A stretch of 64,000 nt of DNA from Clostridium sp. (GTDB lineage: Bacteria; Bacillota; Clostridia; TANB77; CAG-508), in assembly GCA_052174015.1 (NCBI GenBank), contig JBQMXM010000002.1, positions 17,999 through 81,998 of the forward strand, in the 5' to 3' direction. The notes beneath the pieces are model-generated. The model made no database searches. It was not told where the DNA came from and saw only the letters and a program-made list of their open reading frames with translations. Shown here piece after piece: positions 50,350 to 60,804 of the stretch. Both the position numbers and the translations under genes were made by a program. How positions within the stretch are numbered: position 1 is the stretch's first letter; each line of letters begins with the position of its first letter.

Positions 50350-51097
50350 ATAATTCTTCTTGTAATATATTCACTTTATTCTTATTTGACATTTCAAGCA
50401 CTCCTAAAAATGCCGCTATAATCTCTTGTTTACTTCTTTCTTTTTTAGAAAATACATTATTAAACACAAAACTTTTTGTTTTTTTAAATATATTAAAAAT
50501 TTCTCTTAATTTACTTTTTACTGTAACTTTTTCTTTAATAATTAATTTTTCTATATTTTGTTTATTAATATTATCTTTTTCTTTATATCTAGTAATTACA
50601 TCCATATATATGTTAAACAATTCTTGTTTATCGTATTTTCCTTCAAATTCTTTTTTTGGTAATAATATTTGTTCTGTTTTTTTAGTAATCCTATAATTAT
50701 ATTTTGAATATTGTTCATTTAACTTTTCTGATATTTCTTTATATTTTTTATATTCTTCTAATTTAGCTATCAACTCTTCTTCTGTATATTCTTCTTCGTC
50801 TTCTAATACTGGTTTTGTTAATATTTTTTTAGATTTTAAATATATTAATTTAGAAGCCATTACTGTAAATTCACTTGCTATTTCTAAATTTAATTTTTGC
50901 ATTTCTTCTAGATATTCTAAATATTGTTTAATTATTTCTAGAATATTCATTGTTTCTATTTCCATCTTATTTTTTGAAACTAAATAGCATAATAGGTCTA
51001 ATGGCCCTTCAAATTCTTCTATCTTTATATTATATTCGTTACTATTATATTTTTTGCCTATATAATTATATTTAGTATTACTAATTGTATTACTCAT
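50309..51097 (-). CDS. scpA: Segregation and condensation protein A.
   Basis: EEFEGPLDLLCYLVSKNKMEIETMNILEIIKQYLEYL ScpA N-terminal signature. Confidence 0.8.
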   Translation of the reverse strand: MSNTISNTKYNYIGKKYNSNEYNIKIEEFEGPLDLLCYLVSKNKMEIETMNILEIIKQYLEYLEEMQKLNLEIASEFTVMASKLIYLKSKKILTKPVLEDEEEYTEEELIAKLEEYKKYKEISEKLNEQYSKYNYRITKKTEQILLPKKEFEGKYDKQELFNIYMDVITRYKEKDNINKQNIEKLIIKEKVTVKSKLREIFNIFKKTKSFVFNNVFSKKERSKQEIIAAFLGVLEMSNKNKVNILQEELFAPITISRKQEGE

Positions 51098-51605
51098 TTT
51101 TTTCCTCTTCTGCGTAGTCTAATTCTTCTTTTGCTATCTTGTATTTTGAATAACTATATCCTTTTTGTAATATATATCTAATATTTTTATCTAATTCTTT
51201 ATGTTTTCTCATTTTTAATATTGAGATTATATTTCTAATCTCTGCTTGTTCTAATTTTTCTTTTTGTTTATCAAGTTCTTCTTCTATTATTGTTTTTTGT
51301 ATTCCTTTTTGTATAAGTTTAAAATACATTTCTTTTTTAGAAATTCTTTTTAAATTAATACAATCTTCTATATATAGTTTAGTATAATTTCTATCGTCTA
51401 TATATTTTAATTCTTTTAAATAGTCTATTGTTAAATCTAAATATTTTTCTGCAAGTTCATGTTTTTTAAACTTTTTTATTACTTCTGATTCTGTTCTCAT
51501 CTTATACGAAATATATCTAAATACAATATTTTTAAATTTATCAAATTCTATTTCTTCTTCAAATGTTAATCTAATCTCATTACCTAAACTATCTGTTCTA
51601 TACAT
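51090..51605 (-). CDS. RecX-like regulatory protein (three-helix repeats).
   Basis: Repeated helical modules with RecX-like spacing (...ISYKMRTESEVIKKFKK...LDLTIDYLKELKYIDDRNY...). Family assignment is tentative. Confidence 0.4.
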   Translation of the reverse strand: MYRTDSLGNEIRLTFEEEIEFDKFKNIVFRYISYKMRTESEVIKKFKKHELAEKYLDLTIDYLKELKYIDDRNYTKLYIEDCINLKRISKKEMYFKLIQKGIQKTIIEEELDKQKEKLEQAEIRNIISILKMRKHKELDKNIRYILQKGYSYSKYKIAKEELDYAEEEKNE

Positions 51606-51742
51606 TTATCCTCTTTTATTCTATTTTATTTTCTTTCTAAATTCATATATTAATTTTATCATAATTAATTTGAAAATACTATATATTACACAACAAGATT
51701 AATAACTATATGTAGAAAACACAAACATATTTTACAATAACA

Positions 51743-52651
51743 CTACAATGTTAAATTATCCCTGTTAATTATATTATCAAGTTCTTCGTCTGTGTAATTT
51801 TTTAATATATTTAAACTATTTGAGATTTGATTTAACATCATCATTTTATCATTTGGTAATATTCCTTTTAATTGTAATATATTTGAATTATGATACATTG
51901 ATACTAATACTGTTTTCTTACATTCTAGATTATATATAATTTCATATAATTCTAAAATTTTATCATATTCTGATGCTTCTTTAAATTCTCCTTTTTGTCT
52001 CATAGTATATAATGGTGTGTTTGGAACTATTGTAAGGGTCATTGGAAATATTGCTCTTGGAGAAACTTTAGATAACATTTTTCCTGTAAGTCTTCCATTT
52101 TCTTTTGCAACATCAACACCTTTTCCCATTAATCCTAATAATATCATTGCATAATAATTATATCCAAATTTATCTAATCTCTGCATTTGAATTACTGCTT
52201 CTTCTGCTGTATTTGGTTTATCTATAAATTTTAATGCCTCTTCATTTCCTGATTCTATTCCTAAATATAAGTCATTATATCCATTTTCTTTTAATTTTTT
52301 TAATTCTTCATCTGTTTTTAATGATATATCTTTTATTGATGCATATGAAGCAATAACTTCTACTTGTGGTAAGTGTTTGTGTATTAATTCTGCTATTTTC
52401 AATAATTTTTCAGTACTCAGTACAAAAGCATTTCCGTTTAATAAGAATACTCTTTTAACTCCCCTATAATATCTACTTTTGCTTGCTTCTATTATATCTT
52501 TTTCTATTTGAGATATATTTTCTATTTTAAATTGAGTATATCTATACATTCCACAAAATTTACACCTATTATGTGTACATCCACTTGTTACTTGTAATAG
52601 TATTGAATTGTATTCTTTTGGTGGTCTATATATATATTTATCATACTTCAT
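51743..52651 (-). CDS. Radical SAM superfamily protein with a non-canonical Cx4Cx2C cluster motif.
   Basis: SGCTHNRCKFCGMY near the N-terminus and TIM-barrel-like glycine motifs. The specific family is unresolved. Confidence 0.55.
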   Translation of the reverse strand: MKYDKYIYRPPKEYNSILLQVTSGCTHNRCKFCGMYRYTQFKIENISQIEKDIIEASKSRYYRGVKRVFLLNGNAFVLSTEKLLKIAELIHKHLPQVEVIASYASIKDISLKTDEELKKLKENGYNDLYLGIESGNEEALKFIDKPNTAEEAVIQMQRLDKFGYNYYAMILLGLMGKGVDVAKENGRLTGKMLSKVSPRAIFPMTLTIVPNTPLYTMRQKGEFKEASEYDKILELYEIIYNLECKKTVLVSMYHNSNILQLKGILPNDKMMMLNQISNSLNILKNYTDEELDNIINRDNLTL

Positions 52652-52785
52652 ATTTTCTCCTATTTAATAAAACAACGGCTACTATCATATATTATAGTAT
52701 ATACCTTTATATATTAATAGTTACCGTCATTTATATTTGTGCTAATTTTAATTTTAAATTTAATTTCAAATTCAAATCTTATTAA

Positions 52786-55599
52786 TTAATCATTTAATCT
52801 AATTTTACGATTTTTATCTTTAGTTTCTTTTTCTTTAAATTTTTCTAATTCACCTGATTGTTTTAATTTTTCTATCTCATCAAATTTCTTTTTAATATTT
52901 TCTTTTTCTGTTTTTTGTAATGCACTATTTTCTTCTAATTGGTCTATTAATTTTGTAATCCTATTTAAATCTTTACCTACTTGTTCAAAGTCATTTGATG
53001 ATAATGATTTTTTAAGTTCCTTATTTCTTTCAATTATATTATTTAATAACATCTCATTATTTTGTGGATCTATTAAATCTATATTAATTGCACTATCTAT
53101 TAACATATTTCTTAAAGCTGATAATAGGTTGTCTCCCATTCCTACTTTACCTTCAGAAGATACAATTACTTTTTTAAGTACAGGTATTGGTTCTTCATTT
53201 ACAAATACTTGATAGATTGATTCTACATAAAGTAATGTGTTTTCAAATGGTATTACCATACTTTCTGTTCTAAGTTCTGTACCTATCTGTGCTAATTTTT
53301 CTAATTCTTTTTGAATTGTTGGATCTTTTTTTATTTCTTTAGATACATATTTTAGTGCTAAGTTTGTATTATTCTTATAATTATATAATTTTAACTGATT
53401 TTTACCATTAATACATTCTCCTACTAAATATCCAGATATACTTTTACGATTTTTAGGTGTGTATATTCCTAGTAATGATATTTTAGAATTTTCATTTTTT
53501 GTTTTAATTACTGTTTGTTCAGTCTTAGATTCTTCCTTATTGTTTTCTTGTAATCTACTTGGAGTTAATTCCCAAAGGTCATCTCCACGATATATCTTAT
53601 CTAAAGTTGTATCATGATATGTTTCCATTACTTTTGCTTGTATATCATAAAGATATTTTGGATAAACTAATTGTTCTTGTATTTCTTGTGGCATTTGATT
53701 AATATCTTTTAACATATTTGGATATGTTTTTAATATTGTAGCTGTAAATGGTTCATTTTTCTCAGTATAATATATATCTACTTTTCCTGTATATGCATTA
53801 ACTAATACTTTTACAGAGTTTCTAACATAGTTAATTCTTTCTTTTCCACCTGTTTTAGCTTCTATTGCTGTTTTTTGTGCATATGGATATCTATTTGTAA
53901 GTGAATATCCATCAATTAACCAGAATAATTGTCCTTCATTATTTACTACCATATATGGATTTTTATCATATCTAAAATGTGGTAATATTTTATTTACTCT
54001 TTCTATTACTTGTCTATTTAGAAGTACTTTTGTATTTGATTCTTTATTTGAATTAAATAATAGTTGTGCATTTGCTGTTTTCATAGACATAATTAATTTA
54101 TCTAATGTATTTAATTTTATACCACCATTTCCATCATATCTATTTTTAATATATTCTTGGTCACTTGTTGTATTTGTAGGATAATCAAATTCTGATTTTC
54201 CATTATTTACTATTGCATGTGGTAATTTTTCTGTTCCATAATATATTCTTGGTTCAGTTACTTTTTTACCATTTAACTCTTGATTTTTAAATCTTTTTTC
54301 TTCATAGTTTATATATCCCTTTTTGTTAGTTGTAGACATAGATGTTACAACTCCAAAGTTACCATGTGTATATTTAAATATTTTATCTGATTCTGTTTTT
54401 TCTTTTTTACCATCTATTTCTCTTGGTGATAAGTATGAATATTTATCATTATTTTTTACAATTTGTGCTGAATTATATCTATATAATCCTACATTTTCTT
54501 TATTATTTTTTAATGTATCTAAAACTGCACTTTTACTTATAATTGGTAGTTTTGATAATTCATCTGCTTGTTTACTTACAATTGAAGTTGTCATATTTTC
54601 ATTTTCTATTTCATTACTTTGAACACCTATATCATAAGCTGCTCTTGTTGCTTCAATATTATTATGAATATATCCTTTTTCTAAATCTAATTCATGTCTT
54701 TTAACAAATCCAAAATCTACAACTGCAAGTACAATATACATTACTACAATTGATATTGGAATAATCGCAACAGATATCATTATTTGTTTTGAGTCTAATT
54801 TTTTTATCCCTTTTATAAATTTAAGTGCTGCAAAGATTATTAGTATTGATATTATCCTATATCCCCATAATTTAATATTTACATCTAAAAATCCTGCTCC
54901 TGTTAAATATGAACCTCCTAATGGTTCTCTTTTTAACATATCTCCAACTAATATATCTTGTTGTGACATAAAATTATATATTACTATAATTATTGCTCCA
55001 ATCATTACCAAAGAGCTTAATTGTTTAATAAGTCTACTTTTTTTAAAGTCTTCAAACTCTATACCATCTAAATACTTATTTATAACTATAATATAATATC
55101 CAGTTATATATATACTTACTAAAACTAAAAATATTAAAATCATTTTTAATATATTTTTAATTATTGGCATAGCAATTATATAAATACTATAATCCATATT
55201 AAATATTGGATCTTTTTTACCAAATAATCCAAAATTTAATAATGTTAAAATTTGACCTGCTAAAAAATGTTGAAATATAAATCCTGTTATTGTCGCTAAA
55301 ATTATAGCCGCCCCATTATTTATTAATTGTGGCATTTGTTTTTTTTCTTTTTCAAAATATTGTTTTAACCCTTTTTTAGTACTTCCATTTACTAACATTA
55401 TAAATATATATGTTAATATAAAAGTAACTATAAATATTATTATTCTTTCATTTACATTTGTATTTAAAATATTTAAATATTCTTTTCCTATTTCTAAATA
55501 TTGTATATAATCTGCTCTATATGATATATAGGAAACTATTCCTGTTATTAATAATACTAACATTGCTAAAATGGTATGTATTAATCTTCTCTTTTTCAT
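52786..55599 (-). CDS. Very large (937 aa) membrane protein. It has about 7 N-terminal TM helices and a large extracytoplasmic domain, and is UPF0182-like.
   Basis: Architecture and size. Family assignment is tentative (UPF0182 proteins share this organisation). Confidence 0.4.
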   Translation of the reverse strand: MKKRRLIHTILAMLVLLITGIVSYISYRADYIQYLEIGKEYLNILNTNVNERIIIFIVTFILTYIFIMLVNGSTKKGLKQYFEKEKKQMPQLINNGAAIILATITGFIFQHFLAGQILTLLNFGLFGKKDPIFNMDYSIYIIAMPIIKNILKMILIFLVLVSIYITGYYIIVINKYLDGIEFEDFKKSRLIKQLSSLVMIGAIIIVIYNFMSQQDILVGDMLKREPLGGSYLTGAGFLDVNIKLWGYRIISILIIFAALKFIKGIKKLDSKQIMISVAIIPISIVVMYIVLAVVDFGFVKRHELDLEKGYIHNNIEATRAAYDIGVQSNEIENENMTTSIVSKQADELSKLPIISKSAVLDTLKNNKENVGLYRYNSAQIVKNNDKYSYLSPREIDGKKEKTESDKIFKYTHGNFGVVTSMSTTNKKGYINYEEKRFKNQELNGKKVTEPRIYYGTEKLPHAIVNNGKSEFDYPTNTTSDQEYIKNRYDGNGGIKLNTLDKLIMSMKTANAQLLFNSNKESNTKVLLNRQVIERVNKILPHFRYDKNPYMVVNNEGQLFWLIDGYSLTNRYPYAQKTAIEAKTGGKERINYVRNSVKVLVNAYTGKVDIYYTEKNEPFTATILKTYPNMLKDINQMPQEIQEQLVYPKYLYDIQAKVMETYHDTTLDKIYRGDDLWELTPSRLQENNKEESKTEQTVIKTKNENSKISLLGIYTPKNRKSISGYLVGECINGKNQLKLYNYKNNTNLALKYVSKEIKKDPTIQKELEKLAQIGTELRTESMVIPFENTLLYVESIYQVFVNEEPIPVLKKVIVSSEGKVGMGDNLLSALRNMLIDSAINIDLIDPQNNEMLLNNIIERNKELKKSLSSNDFEQVGKDLNRITKLIDQLEENSALQKTEKENIKKKFDEIEKLKQSGELEKFKEKETKDKNRKIRLND

Positions 55600-55607
55600 T
55601 TTTCCCC

Positions 55608-56513
55608 CTAGTCTAATATTGCATTAGTATATTCAACTGCATCAAATTTTTGTAAATCTTCTATTCCTTCTCCAACTCCAATATATTTTATAGGTATTTT
55701 AGTTTCATTTACTATACCAATTATAACTCCTCCTTTAGAAGTTCCATCTAATTTTGTTAAAATATATCCAGTTATTTTAGATACATTACCAAAAGATTTG
55801 GCTTGTTCAATAGTATTTTGTCCAACACTTGCATCTAGAACTAAATAGTTTTCTCTTTGTGCTTCAGGCATTATCTTAGTAATACTATTACTTATTTTTG
55901 CAAGCTCATCCATTAAATTTTTCTTATTTTGTAATCTTCCTGCAGTATCTATTAATATTATATCATATTTTTCTCTTTTTGCATATTCTAAAGACCTATA
56001 TACTGTTGATGCTGGGTCTTCTTTTTCTATTATCTCTGTAATATCTACATCTGCTCTTTTAGCCCATACTTGTAATTGTTCTCCAGCTGCTGCTCTAAAT
56101 GTGTCTGCAGGTACTATCAATACTTTTTTTCCTGCCTTTTTGTATATAGCTGCTAATTTTCCTATTGATGTTGTTTTACCTGCTCCATTTACGCCAATTA
56201 CTAATATACATTTAGGTGTTTTTTCTTCATTAACATCTAATGTTACATCTAACATATTAATAATTATTCTTTTTAATTCTTCCTTTATTTCTTGTGCTTC
56301 TTGTATATTTTTTAATTTAACATTTTCTCTTAATTCTTCAATTATTTTTAAAGAAGCGTTAACTCCTAAATCTGACATTATTAATATTTCTTCTAATTCT
56401 TCTAATAATTCTTCATCTACTTTTCTAAAATTTGAAAATACCCTATTCATTTGATTATCAAAATTACTTTTTGTTTTTGATAACCCTTCTTTTATTTTAT
56501 CAAAAAATCCCAT
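55608..56513 (-). CDS. ftsY: Signal recognition particle receptor FtsY (short form, NG domain only).
   Basis: GVNGAGKTTSIGKLA, DTAGR and TKLDGTSKGG motifs. Confidence 0.9.
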   Translation of the reverse strand: MGFFDKIKEGLSKTKSNFDNQMNRVFSNFRKVDEELLEELEEILIMSDLGVNASLKIIEELRENVKLKNIQEAQEIKEELKRIIINMLDVTLDVNEEKTPKCILVIGVNGAGKTTSIGKLAAIYKKAGKKVLIVPADTFRAAAGEQLQVWAKRADVDITEIIEKEDPASTVYRSLEYAKREKYDIILIDTAGRLQNKKNLMDELAKISNSITKIMPEAQRENYLVLDASVGQNTIEQAKSFGNVSKITGYILTKLDGTSKGGVIIGIVNETKIPIKYIGVGEGIEDLQKFDAVEYTNAILD

Positions 56514-56702
56514 ATCTTCTCCATTCTCTATTATTTGTAACTATTATATCATTGTATCATTTTAATTTCTATACTTAATTAGGAAATTATATCATAGATA
56601 TTCCATAGGTATTATCCTTAAAATATACTATTCTTATAAAAAATATAAATAATCATAAAAAAATATATATATGAATGAATATGAATAAATATATAAATAT
56701 AA

Positions 56703-56730
56703 AAAAGATAGCATTAACTATCTTTTTTTA
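56703..56730. terminator. Bidirectional rho-independent terminator (AAAAAAGATAG cattaa CTATCTTTTTTT).
   Basis: Perfect 11-bp inverted repeat flanked by A- and T-runs. It lies downstream of the 56874..57593 gene. Confidence 0.65.
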
Positions 56731-56873
56731 TTTTTGTTTTTTCCATTTTTGTTTTTTTGTTCTATTTTTTATATTCTTATTTTTTTCTTTATAATTTATT
56801 ATATATCTTATTATATATCTTATATATTGTGTATATTACATTAATTTAATTTATATTAATTTGAATAATTAAA

Positions 56874-57593
56874 TTATGATTTTTTTGCTCTTAATGATAA
56901 TATAAGTGTTATTACTGCTGTTCCACCCATTGCAAGTATTAATAATACTGGTGCATCTTCAACTCCAGCTTTAGGAATTGATGTATCTTCTTTTGGTGTG
57001 CTTGGTTGTGTTGGCACTTGTGGTTGTGAAGGTACTTGTGGTGTATTTGGAGTTAATGGTGTTTGTGGTGTAACTCCTGAATTACCGATTGTAACTGATG
57101 TTGATATATCATTAATTTGAAATTTTTCTATACCATTTGAAGCACTTATACTTTTAAGTTCTATTTTAGCTGCTTGATTTTGATTTCCTGAACCTGAAGC
57201 TCCTTTTGTTTTAGCTTTAAATGATATTTGGAATATTTCTCCATCGTTTTTAATTATTTGTTGATGTGTTGCTGTTATTTTTTTATCAAAAGCATCATAA
57301 TTTACTTTCCAATCATTTTTACCTTCAATACTTGTATCTTGAATAACTTCAAATGCAGTTTCATCATATGCTAATGTTCCTGTTATTTGTGTAATTCCAC
57401 CTTGTGCTGCATCTATATTAGATAACTTAAATTGAACTGTAAATTCTCCACCTTCTTTTACACTTTGTGCACTTGGTGTTAATGTTGCAGTTGCTGTTGC
57501 TGCCTTAGCATTTATTGGTGCTAATACTAAAGCTAATAATGTTGTTATAAAAAATACTAGTTTAATTTTATTTGTAATATACTTTGTTTTCAT
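56874..57593 (-). CDS. Secreted surface protein. It has an N-terminal signal peptide, a beta-rich (cohesin/Ig-like?) domain, a Pro/Thr-rich linker, and a C-terminal hydrophobic anchor with a basic tail.
   Basis: MKTKYITNKIKLVFFITTLLALVLAPINAKA signal, a TPQTPLTPNTPQVPSQPQVPTQPSTP linker, and ...IPKAGVEDAPVLLILAMGGTAVITLILSLRAKKS, which is a cell-wall sorting-signal-like end without a canonical LPXTG. Confidence 0.55.
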   Translation of the reverse strand: MKTKYITNKIKLVFFITTLLALVLAPINAKAATATATLTPSAQSVKEGGEFTVQFKLSNIDAAQGGITQITGTLAYDETAFEVIQDTSIEGKNDWKVNYDAFDKKITATHQQIIKNDGEIFQISFKAKTKGASGSGNQNQAAKIELKSISASNGIEKFQINDISTSVTIGNSGVTPQTPLTPNTPQVPSQPQVPTQPSTPKEDTSIPKAGVEDAPVLLILAMGGTAVITLILSLRAKKS

Positions 57594-57670
57594 TTGTTAT
57601 CTCCTTATTTTTAATATATTTATTATAATACCATATTTTTATATTTTTTTCAATACAAATTTACATAATT

Positions 57671-58816
57671 CTAATAATATAATTCCTCTTTACTTGTTCT
57701 TTTTAATTTGAATCTCATTTCCATTAATATCTTAACTTTATTAAGCATAATTTTAAATATATTAATATTATTTACTTTAGGTAAATTTATGATTTCTTGT
57801 TTTACTTTAAGTCCTAAAGCAAAGTTTCCATAAGCATGTAAATATTTTGCTTTTCTATTTAACTCTTTATTTATAATTTCTTTAAATTCTAAATATGCTG
57901 TATTTCCTTCAAATTGTATTATATAATTCTGAAAATTTTCAAGTGAATTTTTTAAATTTTCTATATCTGTTAAATCATGAATATTTTCTAAGCTATTTGA
58001 AAAAGCATTTACATATATTATTTTTTGAATATCTAAAGTCTTTTCCCTCACTACATCTTTTATTTTTTTGATATTATTTAAGCAATTGACTTTTTCATTT
58101 TCTTTTATATCTTTATCATATAATTTTAAATATATTTTAGATACATTTTCTTGTAATCTTATTAATTTTTTTAATTGTTTATCTATTTCATTATATGCTT
58201 CTTGTGTTGCAATACATGAAAATGTTTTTTCAAAAATATCATTACTAAAAAGTGTACTATATATTAAAGGATATGTACCTGTAAAATACATCATTTGCCT
58301 TATAATTGCTGTTTCAATAGGATAATAGTTTGAACTTGGAGTAGTAAATTCAAGATTAAAATATTTAATATTTTTAGGCTTAGTTTTTGCAATCATACTT
58401 GCAATATATTGAACTGCACCTTCATTTAAAGCTTCTCCTTTTTTTATTTTAAATATATTTGAAAATTTTAATAATCCCATTCGTAGCACATCATTATTCT
58501 TACCAAATTCTGTTTGTAAATAATGTATAATTTCATGATATATACTACTATCTCTATTATTTAAATTAAAGTTACTATTTAAATATATTGAATTAGTTTG
58601 AGCATAATATTGACCACAAACATCATTTTTAAATTGTACTCTAAACATATTAACTTTAGTTATAGCTTCATATAGTTCTTCTTTAGATATATTATATTCT
58701 TGTAATTCTACAAATATATCTTCAGAGATTGCTTTAGCTATTTCATTTACTTCAAATCTATCTATTTCTTCTATTGTATCTAAATTTACATTATCTAAAA
58801 AAGATATATTACTCAT
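57671..58816 (-). CDS. Hypothetical protein with an HExxH motif (possible zinc metallopeptidase-like protein).
   Basis: YHEIIHYLQ, with no other recognisable family features. Confidence 0.35.
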   Translation of the reverse strand: MSNISFLDNVNLDTIEEIDRFEVNEIAKAISEDIFVELQEYNISKEELYEAITKVNMFRVQFKNDVCGQYYAQTNSIYLNSNFNLNNRDSSIYHEIIHYLQTEFGKNNDVLRMGLLKFSNIFKIKKGEALNEGAVQYIASMIAKTKPKNIKYFNLEFTTPSSNYYPIETAIIRQMMYFTGTYPLIYSTLFSNDIFEKTFSCIATQEAYNEIDKQLKKLIRLQENVSKIYLKLYDKDIKENEKVNCLNNIKKIKDVVREKTLDIQKIIYVNAFSNSLENIHDLTDIENLKNSLENFQNYIIQFEGNTAYLEFKEIINKELNRKAKYLHAYGNFALGLKVKQEIINLPKVNNINIFKIMLNKVKILMEMRFKLKRTSKEELYY

Positions 58817-59072
58817 TCTACTCCACCTTTTTTATATCTTAATCTCTTGTACTATATTCAATATACAATATATAAAGTTTTTTTTTAATATATTATATAT
58901 AAAAGTAACATTAATAACATATTACTAAGATTAAATCTTAAAATATAATCATTATTTCCATTATTAATATTTAAAATTTGACTTTTTTGTAGTATATGGT
59001 ATAATTGAAATGTGTTTTATGTAAACAAAATAAATATATTAATTTAGACTATATTTTAGTCAGGAGGAAATT

Positions 59073-59738
59073 ATGGACAGAACAGATTTAGCACAGATGG
59101 TAAAGGAAAAACCAAGAGTATTTTCAATTGAAAATCAAAATAACAAGCTTAATGATTATTTTAAGCATATATTTGGTATGAGGTATGTTGAATTCAAACA
59201 CTATAAAGGTGTTACTGACAGAGATTTGGTTATATATGATACACTCTTGTTTAAAATAGGAGTGGTATTACAGAAAAAGTATCCCGTTTTAAACAGTATT
59301 GAATCAAAGATAATAGAAAAACAGGACCTAGATTCTAAAACTGCAAAAGAAGTTGGTTACATCTTTGGTGAATTTATAACTACTCTCATATTACAAAATA
59401 AGTATGACCACTTATTTCAAAATAGAAAGGTAATATTAAATAAAGCATTGCAAAAACATCTTTGTAGAGAATTAATAGTATTTTTAGAAGAACTCTTAAT
59501 AACATCTATGGCTATTAAAAGGTTTCTTATACTATCAAAAAATCCTGCTTTTTTAGGATGTTTTAATACAGTTATTAGTTCTTTTGATACTGTAATTGCT
59601 GAAATTATAGAGATATTAGAAGAATTAAATTTTTGCAACTGTACTGCAATTTATTTAAAAAACAACTCTTTAAACGCAAAACTTGAAGAGTTATTTGGAA
59701 TAATACCTGGTATTTATTCTGAAATAATTGAAAAATAG
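59073..59738 (+). CDS. Hypothetical protein. It is the only plus-strand gene in the window.
   Basis: Strong RBS (AGGAGG 6 nt before ATG) and a clean 221-aa ORF. It is flanked by a terminator hairpin convergent with porB. Confidence 0.5.
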   Translation: MDRTDLAQMVKEKPRVFSIENQNNKLNDYFKHIFGMRYVEFKHYKGVTDRDLVIYDTLLFKIGVVLQKKYPVLNSIESKIIEKQDLDSKTAKEVGYIFGEFITTLILQNKYDHLFQNRKVILNKALQKHLCRELIVFLEELLITSMAIKRFLILSKNPAFLGCFNTVISSFDTVIAEIIEILEELNFCNCTAIYLKNNSLNAKLEELFGIIPGIYSEIIEK

Positions 59739-59744
59739 TAAAAG

Positions 59745-59780
59745 AAAAACATATGGAATTATTTATTTCATATGTTTTTT
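59745..59780. terminator. Bidirectional terminator between convergent genes (AAAAACATATG ... CATATGTTTTTTT).
   Basis: 11-bp inverted repeat with flanking A- and T-runs. Confidence 0.6.
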
Positions 59781-59829
59781 TATTTTTTATTCTATTAAAA
59801 CAAATATATCATTAATCTGATTTTTCATT

Positions 59830-60804
59830 TTATATTTCTGTATTTGTTTCTAAATTAGTCATTTTTTCTAATAATAATAATTGATTCCAACGTCTATCAA
59901 CTTCTTCTTGCATCATTTGTATAAGATGTTGATTTTCTGGTTTAAATAAATGTTTAAATCTTTTTTGTGGTCTTAAAAATTCTTCTATAGGTAATTTTCT
60001 AGCAGGCTTATATGTTATCTTATATACTCCATTTACTACTTCATATAATGGCCAATAACATGTTTCTACTGCGAGTGCATTTATTTTCATTAATAATTCT
60101 TCACTATATCCCCAACCTCTTGGACATGGTGCAAACACATTTATAAATTTGGCTCCTTCTGTATATATTGCCTTTTCTGATTTTTCATACAAATCTTTAA
60201 AATTTTTATATGCTGCAGTTTGTGCTACATATGGAATATTATGTGCTACCATTATACTTGTTAAATCTTTTCTACTCTCCATTTTACCTAATTTTTTTGT
60301 ACCTATAGGTGATGTTGTTGTACTTGCAAATAATGGGGTTGCTGATGACCTTTGAATACCTGTATTCATATATCCACCATTATCATAACAAACATATGTT
60401 AAATCATGTCCTCTTTCAAGTGCTGCTGATAAACTTTGAATACCAATATCATATGTTCCACCATCTCCACCAAATGCTATCAATTTAATATCTTGCATTT
60501 CTTGATTATTTTTTCTAATTTCTTCTTTTCTTTTTTTAAGAGCTGCTTCTACTCCACTTAATGTTGCAGATGCTGAAGCAAATGCTGTATGTATATAAGA
60601 TGTTTCCCATGATGTATATGGATAAATTGTAGATGATACTTCTAAACAGCCTGTAGCATTTGCAACTACAACATGGTCTTCTGGATTTACTGCTCTTAGT
60701 ATCATTTGTACTACAACAGGTACACCACAGCCTGCACACATTCTATGTCCTTGACTAAATTTTGCCTCTCTTTCTACCATAATTTTCTTTAAATTATATG
60801 CCAC
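59830..60804 (-). CDS. porB: 2-oxoacid (pyruvate-type):ferredoxin oxidoreductase, beta (TPP-binding) subunit.
   Basis: GCGVPVVVQ and the TPP motif GDGGTYDIG...YDNGGYMNTG. Confidence 0.85.
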   Translation of the reverse strand: MAYNLKKIMVEREAKFSQGHRMCAGCGVPVVVQMILRAVNPEDHVVVANATGCLEVSSTIYPYTSWETSYIHTAFASASATLSGVEAALKKRKEEIRKNNQEMQDIKLIAFGGDGGTYDIGIQSLSAALERGHDLTYVCYDNGGYMNTGIQRSSATPLFASTTTSPIGTKKLGKMESRKDLTSIMVAHNIPYVAQTAAYKNFKDLYEKSEKAIYTEGAKFINVFAPCPRGWGYSEELLMKINALAVETCYWPLYEVVNGVYKITYKPARKLPIEEFLRPQKRFKHLFKPENQHLIQMMQEEVDRRWNQLLLLEKMTNLETNTEI

